IMG/VR virus record: IMGVR_UViG_3300024284_000007
Span: 1-64,000 of that record
Direction: 5' to 3' (one strand)
DNA length: 64,000 nt
From: a virus
Taxonomy: Duplodnaviria; Caudoviricetes
In this document: piece by piece, positions 20,066-26,919 of the stretch
How positions within the stretch are numbered: the stretch's first letter is position 1
Layout of the letters: each line of letters begins with the position of its first letter
The notes under the pieces: generated by a model
Databases searched by the model: none
Seen by the model: only the letters and a program-made list of their open reading frames with translations
What the model was told of the DNA's origin: nothing
Position numbers and translations under genes: made by a program

Positions 20066-20137
20066 CGGCTTATCGCGTAAGGGTGAGCGCGCCTGTCTCG
20101 GGGACAGGCAGACCAAGTTCGAGTCTTGGTAAGCCGA
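20066..20137 (+). tRNA. tRNA-Pro(CGG)
   Basis: C1-G72, A73, CCTGT-CTCGGGG-ACAGG. Confidence 0.85.
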
Positions 20138-20140
20138 CGA

Positions 20141-20211
20141 GAAGAGAGATGGGGGTTCGAATCCTCCCCTGCCTCATTGAGGCAGGTAGCTTAAGCGGCA
20201 GAGCGCTCTTC
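20141..20211 (+). tRNA. Circularly permuted tRNA gene (3' half precedes 5' half); identity unclear
   Basis: GAAGAG-AGAT-GGGGG TTCGAAT CCTCC-CCTGCCTC-att-GAGGCAGG-TA-GCTT AAGCGGCA GAGC-G-CTCTTC; all four stems pair. Confidence 0.75.
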
Positions 20212-20217
20212 GGTAAT

Positions 20218-20288
20218 CCGGATGTAGTGAAATGGCATCACGCCGTGCCTGGGACGCGGTAGCGGAGGTCCGATTCCTCCCATCTGGA
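20218..20288 (+). tRNA. tRNA-Pro(TGG)
   Basis: CCGGATG/CATCTGG, CCGTG-CCTGGGA-CGCGG. Confidence 0.8.
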
Positions 20289-20450
20289 CGAGGGTTTGCT
20301 GGACGGCATGACCCTACTATGATGCGCATGAAATGATCGGTGCCCGGGAAGAGGACAAGGCCGAACCCGTGCACAGGCTGCGGATGCTGCGCCGTCCCGG
20401 CAGTCCATCTTGAGGAACAGTGATCCCGTATTCGCGTACGGGATCACCTA

Positions 20451-20524
20451 GGTCACTTAGCTCAGCTGGCAAGAGCGCCCGGTTGAAGCCCGGGAGGTCT
20501 TCTGTTCGATTCAGAAAGTGATCA
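20451..20524 (+). tRNA. tRNA-Phe(GAA)
   Basis: Canonical cloverleaf. Confidence 0.92.
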
Positions 20525-20543
20525 CGGCACTATCCCTCTTCAT

Positions 20544-20615
20544 GCGGGTATGGTCTAATGGCTATGACCTCAGCCTTCCAAGCTGATGGTGCGAGTTCGA
20601 TTCTCGCTACCCGTT
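20544..20615 (+). tRNA. tRNA-Gly(TCC)
   Basis: Canonical, U73. Confidence 0.92.
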
Positions 20616-20768
20616 CGCAGTAAGAAAGGATTGCCGTGAAATTCTCACGATGCAAGACTTGCAAGAGGCTGATATCCCGGAAAACCGCCCAGCGCTATTC
20701 CGGGATATGCGGTAAATGCTTCAGGAAAAGTATCTCTTCTCTCGCGAGAAAAATGATTGGTTGACTAT

Positions 20769-20840
20769 CAGGCTGTAGTTCAGCGGGAAGAACGTCGGCT
20801 CGGGGAGCCGGAGGTCGCAGGTTCGAGCCCTGCCAGCTTG
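20769..20840 (+). tRNA. tRNA-Pro-type gene with a 6-nt anticodon loop (TCGGGA)
   Basis: CAGGCTG/CAGCTTG, A73, TCGGC/GCCGG stem. Confidence 0.65.
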
Positions 20841-21023
20841 ACGTGAGAACATGCGTGCACTGCAAGCGCAGCCGCTTCCGGCGGCTGATGGTCCGGTCTA
20901 GCCTGTCCGGGAGCAAGTGGCGCTGCAGGAACGTGCAGGCTTGCGCCAGGTACATAACAAGGAAAAAATAGCAATCCGAGGAGATCATCATGCGAAAGCG
21001 GAACCAGCCCCGAAAGCCTTAAT

Positions 21024-21095
21024 GCTCCGGTAGCTCAGTGGCAGAGCGGCTGGCTCTTAACCAGCGCGTCGCGAGTCCGATTCTCGCTCGGAGTA
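21024..21095 (+). tRNA. tRNA-Lys(CTT)
   Basis: GCTGG-CTCTTAA-CCAGC. Confidence 0.92.
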
Positions 21096-21207
21096 CGAAG
21101 GAAGAATGATGGCTGTATGCCCTAACTGCGGCGGTACCAAGAAACCCGGCAAGACCTGCCCGAGATGCGGAGCAAATCATGAGTAAACCGGACCTGCTTA
21201 AAGGCAG

Positions 21208-21279
21208 GCTCCCCTAGCATAGTGGCCATGCGTTCGACTTTTAATCGAAAAGAGCGGGGTTCGATTCCCCGGGGGAGTA
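21208..21279 (+). tRNA. tRNA-Lys(TTT)
   Basis: TTCGA-CTTTTAA-TCGAA. Confidence 0.9.
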
Positions 21280-21436
21280 CAGTAAGCGAATGCCGGAAAT
21301 AATGTGCCCGAAATGCAAGGGAACGAAGAGATACCGGGGACGCCCGTGCAAGAAGTGCTCGCCGAAGGATAAGGACGGGAAGATCACCGGTCTCCCGCTC
21401 GGAAAGATCTGGGTAGACATGGGCAGCGGAAGCTAA

Positions 21437-21511
21437 GGGCGTCTACGCCAACAGGCAGCAGCGGCTAGCTTCAAAAGCTAGTGGTTCAGGGTTCGAATCC
21501 CTGGTCGCCTA
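21437..21511 (+). tRNA. tRNA-Leu(CAA), short variable region
   Basis: CTAGC-TTCAAAA-GCTAG, A73. Confidence 0.8.
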
Positions 21512-21524
21512 CGGAAGTAAATGA

Positions 21525-21597
21525 TCTCGGGTGGGATGCGGGCATCCCAGCATGGCTCTGAACCATGCCCCCGTTGGTTCGAATCCAGCCCCGAGAG
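21525..21597 (+). tRNA. tRNA-Gln(CTG)
   Basis: U1-A72, G73, CATGG-CTCTGAA-CCATG. Confidence 0.88.
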
Positions 21598-21631
21598 CGA
21601 TCCCAGCTTGCCGGAAGCTAGCTGGGCTCAT

Positions 21632-21700
21632 GCCTGTCGCGTCGGCACGCATCTGTCCCTCGTAGCGACAGATCACCCGGATCGTCCCCGGGGACGGGCT
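21632..21700 (+). tRNA. tRNA-Thr(CGT) with non-canonical cloverleaf
   Basis: GCCTGTC/GACGGGC, U73; GCGT-CGGC-ACGC; ATCTGTCC-CTCGTAG-CGACAGAT; CCCGG-ATCGTCC-CCGGG. Confidence 0.75.
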
Positions 21701-21711
21701 CGGAAGGGAGA

Positions 21712-21993
21712 ATGATGGATACACGCGAACTGATCCTGAAGACCGTGGAGGACCTGGCTGAGGACTTCCTCGGGATAGACCGCCTGGAAGACGCCGAGCT
21801 GCCTCCTGGGGCGACCGAGCGGGCGGTCCTGGACTGGGAGACCAGCATCGGGGAGATTGCTCTCCGGTTTGAGCAGAAGCTCCGCGAGCTGATCCCCGTA
21901 CCCGTCGATGAGCCTGGTGCCCACGTCGGGCAGGCTGGTCATGTCGTCCGCGCGAAGAGGATCCATGCCCAGGTGGAGCAGATGCAGGGATAG
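21712..21993 (+). CDS. Hypothetical protein
   Basis: GGAG RBS; fills the gap between tRNAs. Confidence 0.6.
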   Translation: MMDTRELILKTVEDLAEDFLGIDRLEDAELPPGATERAVLDWETSIGEIALRFEQKLRELIPVPVDEPGAHVGQAGHVVRAKRIHAQVEQMQG

Positions 21994-22000
21994 GTTTCAT

Positions 22001-22074
22001 GCCCAGGTAGCCCAACGGCAGGAGGCACCACCTTGAGGAGGTGGGCAGTACGAGTTCGAATCTCGTTCTGGGTA
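22001..22074 (+). tRNA. tRNA-Leu(GAG), short variable region
   Basis: CCACC-TTGAGGA-GGTGG, A73. Confidence 0.85.
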
Positions 22075-22079
22075 CGGAA

Positions 22080-22146
22080 CGCCGGGAACGCAGCCACGGC
22101 TGGCGTGGTCGGCAGACGATCAGGGTTCGAGTCCTGATCCCGGCGG
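22080..22146 (+). ncRNA. tRNA-like element of unclear identity
   Basis: 8-bp CGCCGGGA/TCCCGGCG stem, T-arm with GTTCGAGT, no canonical anticodon arm. Confidence 0.5.
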
Positions 22147-22150
22147 GAGC

Positions 22151-22218
22151 GCCGCTACTCACGGCTGTGGCTCCGGTCTTGTACACCGGGTGAGACGGGT
22201 CGGCACCGTCTGGCGGCT
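22151..22218 (+). tRNA. tRNA-Thr(TGT), minimal D-arm, T-loop GTCGGCA
   Basis: GCCGCTA/TGGCGGC, CCGGT-CTTGTAC-ACCGG. Confidence 0.75.
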
Positions 22219-22361
22219 CGGGAGGAAGGAAGAAAGATGACGCTCATTTTCACCCTGAAATGCTGCGCTCCTCGCGGAGAGCCGTGCCGCTGCGCTAATC
22301 CGTGCCGCAGAGGACGATTCGGACGCCGCTGCAGGTGTCCCGGATGTCATTAGAGTTTCAT

Positions 22362-22433
22362 TGCGGGGTGGGGTAACGGCAGCCCGCGTGCCTTTGAAGC
22401 ACTGTAGTGCGCGTCCGAATCGCGCCCCCGCAG
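22362..22433 (+). tRNA. tRNA-Gln(TTG)
   Basis: U1-A72, G73, loop CTTTGAA. Confidence 0.85.
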
Positions 22434-22651
22434 CAGGTTGTCTCAAGTGAACGGGAAGGTACATGCCACGGCACGGAGGAAACACGCTGCGCCCTTGCAG
22501 GCGGCATCACAAGAAGATGTCGTCAGGCTCTAAAGGCAACGGCGGGGACGCCAAGATCCGCAAGGCGAAGCAGGTCGCCGGGGAGGCGGCTCACCCCAAG
22601 CCCCGGAAGAAGAACGGCAAGGAAGAGTTCGAGCCTACGTGAGCAGGTCAT

Positions 22652-22720
22652 GCCCTTCGGACCGGCGTCCACGCCTCCTTGGTATGGAGGCGTAGCCCGG
22701 ATCGTCCCCGGGGAAGGGCT
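22652..22720 (+). tRNA. tRNA-Thr(GGT) with non-canonical cloverleaf
   Basis: GCCCTTC/GAAGGGC, U73; GGAC-CGGC-GTCC; ACGCCTCC-TTGGTAT-GGAGGCGT; CCCGG-ATCGTCC-CCGGG. Confidence 0.8.
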
Positions 22721-22804
22721 CAAGAGATGCCGGTCATCCATCTCCTTACCGCGAGTCACCAGGTAGCCAGTCCTGTTCAGGCGTCCAGCGGGTATGATGA
22801 CCAT

Positions 22805-22877
22805 GTGACCGTGGTGTCAGCGGTTAGCATCTGACCTTGCCAAGGTCAGGGGGCGAGTTCGAGTCTCGTCGGTCACT
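22805..22877 (+). tRNA. tRNA-Gly(GCC)
   Basis: TGACC-TTGCCAA-GGTCA. Confidence 0.9.
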
Positions 22878-23002
22878 CTAGCTAGTAGCCCAGCATGAAG
22901 CTTATGGCGACATGCCCCTGAGGGGAAGCGCGGACTGCTAGCCTAGGCGGGACAACACCGGGCGTCGGCGCACCCACAAAGCCGTCCGCTGGTGTCCCTC
23001 AT

Positions 23003-23073
23003 GCGGCTATGGTGTAGAGGTAACATGCGATCTTCCCAAGCTCGTGTCGCGGGTCCGATTCCCGCTAGCCGCT
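23003..23073 (+). tRNA. tRNA-Gly(CCC)
   Basis: Loop TTCCCAA, U73. Confidence 0.88.
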
Positions 23074-23222
23074 CGGAGATGTGCACGATCTCCCGGGAAA
23101 GCTCAGCGCAATACCAGGCAGTCGATTGCGGCAGCCCACTCGCCTGTGAGCGTGCTGAAGTGAAAAGGAATGGGAGCTGTCGTCGCTATTCCCGGAAGCG
23201 GAAGTCAGGGATTTCCCGTCAT

Positions 23223-23307
23223 GCGCGGGTGGTGTAACGGTAGCCACGCACGGCTCAGACCCGTGTGGTCCGGAAGGATCGTGAGGGTTCAACTCCCTCC
23301 TCGCGTA
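23223..23307 (+). tRNA. tRNA-Leu(CAG), long variable arm
   Basis: CACGG-CTCAGAC-CCGTG. Confidence 0.9.
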
Positions 23308-23308
23308 C

Positions 23309-23704
23309 GTGGATAACGTCAAGCAGGTCATCGTCATCAGGAGAGACCTGAAAATGCGCAGGGGCAAGGAGATTGCCCAGGGTGCTCACGCTTCGATCGC
23401 CTGGCTGACTAACAGGATCACGAATTCTTCCAATGCTCTCATGTCGGTTACGCCAGCGGATTTCTCTGCAGCGGAATGGGAATGGCTTCGGGGGAATTTC
23501 CGCAAGATCTGCTGCGTTGTCAGTTCCGAGCAGGAGCTGCTCGACCTGTGTGATGCAGCGAAGGAAGCGGATCTGATCTATGAGCTGATCGAGGACTCTG
23601 GACTGACTGAGTTCAGCGGGGTTCCCACGTTCACCGCAGCGGCATTCGGTCCTGACTTCGATGAGAACCTGGATCCCATTACGGGTCATCTGGTACTCTA
23701 CTGA
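23309..23704 (+). CDS. pth2: Peptidyl-tRNA hydrolase, Pth2 family
   Basis: KQVIVIRRDLKMRRGKEIAQGAHAS...KIC.VV...L...I.DSGLTEF..PT.TA.AFGP...D.ITGHL.LY. Confidence 0.92.
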   Translation: MDNVKQVIVIRRDLKMRRGKEIAQGAHASIAWLTNRITNSSNALMSVTPADFSAAEWEWLRGNFRKICCVVSSEQELLDLCDAAKEADLIYELIEDSGLTEFSGVPTFTAAAFGPDFDENLDPITGHLVLY

Positions 23705-23793
23705 CATGCTCCAAGAAGAAGTCGGCAGGGCGTCGCTGGCGTGACCCTGCTAGTCCGGGCGGATAATAAGTCCTGGGGTAGAGCGCCAGCAAT

Positions 23794-23877
23794 GGAGAGT
23801 GAACGAGCCAGGGTGCTCGGCCTTCCTGCTAAGAAGTGCGCGGGTGATACCGTGGATTTCGAGTATCCCGCTCTCCT
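23794..23877 (+). tRNA. tRNA-Ser(GCT)
   Basis: GGAGAGT/GCTCTCC, loop CTGCTAA, long variable arm. Confidence 0.75.
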
Positions 23878-23878
23878 C

Positions 23879-24223
23879 ATGGCTAAGGAACTCGCGTTCT
23901 CGGTAACCCGCAAGGACCTGAAGATCGAGACTTTTTCTGCGGGCGGACCGGGAGGACAGCATCAGAACACCTCCAACACGGCGGTGCGCATCACGCACCT
24001 CGCGTCAGGGGCGTCAGGAGTGGCGAGAGACTCCCGCAGCCAGCATCAGAACATGAAGAACGCCCTGCGCCGCATGGCGGAATCGGGTAAGTTCAGGGTG
24101 TGGGTGAACCGGCAGCTGCTGGGGAATACCGAGCCGCCGGAGATTGCTGTACAGCGGCAGATGCACCCCTCGAACCTGCTGATCATGGGCAGGGAGGAGG
24201 GGAGATGGAAGATCATCGACTAG
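23879..24223 (+). CDS. Class I release-factor GGQ-domain protein (ArfB/PrfH-like, domain 3 only)
   Basis: IETFSAGGPGGQHQNTSNTAVRITHLASG...DSRSQHQN. Confidence 0.88.
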   Translation: MAKELAFSVTRKDLKIETFSAGGPGGQHQNTSNTAVRITHLASGASGVARDSRSQHQNMKNALRRMAESGKFRVWVNRQLLGNTEPPEIAVQRQMHPSNLLIMGREEGRWKIID

Positions 24224-24232
24224 GAAGAGACG

Positions 24233-24659
24233 ATGAAGAGATTCATGAAAGCAGGACCTCATCCTGCCGTGGGGATCCCGGTCATGACCCTCTGCGGGAT
24301 CGGGGGGATCCTGGAGCTGAGCGACAAGGGTCATTTCACCTTGTTCGGCAAGGTCATCCAGTCGCATGACGCCGCTGTCTTCGCGGTCATCGCCAGCGCC
24401 GGGTACCTTCTGCTGGAGCTGGTCTTGCTAGCCAGGAGGCACTGACATGGGGTGGCTTGCCTTCCTGGTCGTAAGCTCTGTCGCGGTCTTCGCGCTGATG
24501 AAATACGCGGGCAGCAATCGCAGGGCGGCGAAAGTGATCAAGGGGAAAGGGCGCTCATCTCCCCGGATCTGCCCTGACTGTCGCGAGCCGGCGGGCAAAT
24601 GCCAGTACCTGCGCCGTCAGGCTGAGCACCCTGGGGGCATGCTCGGGAAGAAGAAGTAA
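24233..24659 (+). CDS. Two small membrane proteins (24233..24445, 24447..24659)
   Basis: Hydrophobic segments; RBS present. Confidence 0.55.
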
Positions 24660-24664
24660 CTCAC

Positions 24665-24751
24665 GGAGAGTTCGCCTAGAGGCTTAGGGCGCTGCCTTGG
24701 AAAGGCAGTAAGGTGAAATATCCTTCACGAGTTCGAATCTCGTACTCTCCT
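24665..24751 (+). tRNA. tRNA-Ser(GGA)
   Basis: CTGCC-TTGGAAA-GGCAG, long variable arm. Confidence 0.88.
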
Positions 24752-24790
24752 CCGGGGATTAAGCCAGTCAGGGAGCTGGCATCCCCTTCT

Positions 24791-24872
24791 CGGGAGCATG
24801 CTACCGGCGTAGCGCTCCGCCTCGAAAGCGGATACGGGGTAACACCCGGGGGATCGACACCTCTGCTCTCGG
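24791..24872 (+). tRNA. tRNA-Ser(CGA), reduced D-arm, T-loop ATCGACA
   Basis: TCCGC-CTCGAAA-GCGGA, variable arm, G73. Confidence 0.72.
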
Positions 24873-24893
24873 CGCAGAATAGAAAGAAGGAAC

Positions 24894-25136
24894 ATGCCCG
24901 ACAGGAAGAAATGCCCGGCCTGCGGAACGATGATGCACCGGTTCATGAACCCTGAGCGGTATGTCTGCCCTAAAGAGAACACTCACGCAGCTCTTCTCGC
25001 CGAGAAGAGAAGGGCTGAAGGGCGTTCCCGGGGCGGAAAAGCCGCTCAGGCTAAGCGAGCTGCGTCTGGTCGCCAGCGGGAATGGGCGCGGATACTCGGG
25101 AAGAGATTCGGGGGGAAGAACAAGAAGAGCAAGTAA
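24894..25136 (+). CDS. Small basic Zn-ribbon protein
   Basis: CPACG...YVCP; RBS AAGGA. Confidence 0.55.
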   Translation: MPDRKKCPACGTMMHRFMNPERYVCPKENTHAALLAEKRRAEGRSRGGKAAQAKRAASGRQREWARILGKRFGGKNKKSK

Positions 25137-25142
25137 CATCAT

Positions 25143-25216
25143 GGGCATCAGTTCACCTGGTCGGTGGACTCACGCTGATAACGTGATCGCGCAGGGTTCG
25201 ATTCCCTGGGTGCCTA
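25143..25216 (+). tRNA. tRNA-Ile(GAT)
   Basis: TCACG-CTGATAA-CGTGA. Confidence 0.85.
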
Positions 25217-25217
25217 C

Positions 25218-25290
25218 GCCGCAGTAGCCTAACGGTCAGGGCAACTGTCTTATGAACAGCAGATTCCAGGTTCAAGTCCTGGCTGCGGTA
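25218..25290 (+). tRNA. tRNA with UAU anticodon (nominal Ile) on a Leu-like body
   Basis: Loop CTTATGA (G37), GCCGCAG/CTGCGGT, A73, D-region GCCTAACGGTCAGGGC. Confidence 0.75.
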
Positions 25291-25415
25291 CGGGAGGTAT
25301 CATGCTGACAGGAAGCTGGAATCCTCACGACGAGGATGACGAGAATCTCGTGCTGGATGTCGAGTGGGTCTTCATTCGCGGAGGAAAGTACGTTTACTCG
25401 GTGAGAGCCGAGAAT

Positions 25416-25489
25416 GCCCCTGTAGCTTAAAGGACAAAGCGGCTGGCTTCTATCCGGTCCAGATCCGGGTTCGAATCCTGGCAGGGGTG
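25416..25489 (+). tRNA. tRNA-Arg(TCT)
   Basis: Loop CTTCTAT, canonical arms. Confidence 0.85.
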
Positions 25490-25490
25490 C

Positions 25491-25562
25491 GCTCCATTGG
25501 GGAAACGGTATCCCGCCAGCCCCTCAAGCTGGAGATCCCCGGGTCGGCACCGGGATGGAGCA
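25491..25562 (+). tRNA. tRNA-Glu(CTC), T-loop GTCGGCA
   Basis: CCAGC-CCCTCAA-GCTGG. Confidence 0.75.
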
Positions 25563-25724
25563 CGGAGAAAAGATGAGAGAAAGAATGTCCAGCCAGTGTA
25601 CCGCTGCCCCAAAGGCGGTCTTCATCACTGGAAGCGCACTATCACGATTACCGCGATCCTGCGCCTGCGCATCTTCCACGCGCGGTGCACGAAATGCGGC
25701 GGGTATCCTCAGAAGAGGTAACAT

Positions 25725-25796
25725 GCTCTCATCGTCTATGGGATAGGATCTGATCCTTTCAAGATCGGGAACGGAGTTCGAGTCTCCGTGGGAGCA
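25725..25796 (+). tRNA. tRNA-Glu(TTC)
   Basis: TGATC-CTTTCAA-GATCG. Confidence 0.88.
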
Positions 25797-25811
25797 CGGG
25801 AAGGGAAGAAG

Positions 25812-26012
25812 ATGCCGCTCAGCGAGGATGAGCAGGATGCCATGGCAGCCAACTGCCCCTGGTGCTGGGCGGGGATGGGTGAGCGCTGCAAGAGCCGCAG
25901 CGGGAAAGAGCGCCTGCACCCGCATAAACGGCGGATCGCGCGCGCGCGGCGGCGCGGAGGTCTCGGCGGGGTGGGCAGGATGCTGCTGGCGGCGAGAAGG
26001 GGAAGCAAGTGA
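25812..26012 (+). CDS. Small phage zinc-finger protein
   Basis: CPWCWAGMGERC.....H..R. Confidence 0.6.
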   Translation: MPLSEDEQDAMAANCPWCWAGMGERCKSRSGKERLHPHKRRIARARRRGGLGGVGRMLLAARRGSK

Positions 26013-26028
26013 GTAACGGGAAATTCTA

Positions 26029-26065
26029 GCCTGCATGGTGAACTGGCTATCACATCATGTGATAA
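26029..26065 (+). pseudogene. Orphan tRNA 5' half
   Basis: GCCTGCA-TG-GTGA ACTGGCTA TCAC-A-TCATG..., no T-arm or 3' acceptor strand. Confidence 0.45.
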
Positions 26066-26074
26066 ACTAGTCGT

Positions 26075-26147
26075 GGCGACTAAGCTCACTGGTGTGAGCG
26101 GCACCCTCATAAAGTGCACGAGGTGGGTCCGATTCCCGCAGTCGCTA
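26075..26147 (+). tRNA. tRNA-Met/Ile2(CAT), elongator type
   Basis: GCACC-CTCATAA-AGTGC. Confidence 0.85.
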
Positions 26148-26148
26148 C

Positions 26149-26580
26149 GTGGGGAAACCGTATGATCCTGAATATTACCGAAAGTGGCAAGAGGAACGCC
26201 GCATTAAGTTCCTGGCGATAGCTAAAGAACGCCTTGGAGGATGCTGTGTTCGTTGTGGTACTACCGAAAATCTTCAGTTCGATCATATTATTCCAGGTTC
26301 CAGGATTCGTGCGATATCATCAGCAACTAATTGGTCGCTAGCTCGCTTTCTTGCCGAAGTGGACAAATGTCAGCTTCTTTGCGATGCGCATCATCGTGAA
26401 AAATCAAAGGAATGCGGAGAGCAAGGCGGAGGCTGGAATCGTATCGATAACCCAGAACACGGAACAGAGATTTGCTATACACGTGGGTGTCGTTGCGAAC
26501 CATGTCGTCAAGCCCGGCACGACGTGCGGGTAAGACGAGGTGAACTCAATGGCACGCGAGGACATTACAAAAAATCTTGA
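26149..26580 (+). CDS. HNH endonuclease (tRNA-array paralog 1)
   Basis: LGGCCVRCG...LQFDHI.P...EVDKCQLLC..HH; low GC. Confidence 0.88.
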   Translation: MGKPYDPEYYRKWQEERRIKFLAIAKERLGGCCVRCGTTENLQFDHIIPGSRIRAISSATNWSLARFLAEVDKCQLLCDAHHREKSKECGEQGGGWNRIDNPEHGTEICYTRGCRCEPCRQARHDVRVRRGELNGTRGHYKKS

Positions 26581-26606
26581 CATCTCCTCTTCGGAGGAGG
26601 TAAGGT
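26577..26606 (+). promoter_or_regulatory. sigma70-type promoter
   Basis: TTGACA-18-TAAGGT just upstream of tRNA-fMet. Confidence 0.75.
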
Positions 26607-26617
26607 AGATCTACCGA

Positions 26618-26691
26618 CGCGGAGTAGAGCAGCTTGGCAGCTCGGTGGGCTCATAACCCTCAGGTCGCGGGTTCGAATCCCGTCTCCGCTA
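26618..26691 (+). tRNA. Initiator tRNA-fMet(CAT)
   Basis: C1:U72 mismatch, GGG/CCC anticodon-stem pairs. Confidence 0.92.
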
Positions 26692-26721
26692 CCGGTCCCG
26701 ACAGGACCCTAAAGAGTCTAT

Positions 26722-26794
26722 TGGCCTCTAGCTTAACTGGCAGAGTCGCTCCCTGTTAAGGAGTTAGGTCCCGGTTCGAATCCGGGGGGGTCAG
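26722..26794 (+). tRNA. tRNA-Asn(GTT)
   Basis: U1-A72, G73, GCTCC-CTGTTAA-GGAGT. Confidence 0.88.
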
Positions 26795-26919
26795 CGGGAT
26801 GCAGGTGCACGCGATAAACTGGCTTACCTGCGCCTGGCAGATCAGCGCCCTACCCAGGGGGTGCCTCAGACGGAGACAGCGGGTCACGTACGTCCCAGTC
26901 CCCGCCGAGCTGATCACGT

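Noticed and set aside
21676-22714. 19-nt direct repeat CCCGGATCGTCCCCGGGGA as a CRISPR or att site
   Set aside because: Only two copies 1 kb apart; explained as the shared T-arm of the two atypical tRNA-Thr genes.
23085-23160. Possible pseudoknot (CGCAAT/ATTGCG with loop CAGGC pairing to GCCTG)
   Set aside because: Short helices expected by chance at this GC content, and it overlaps a plausible small ORF; insufficient support.
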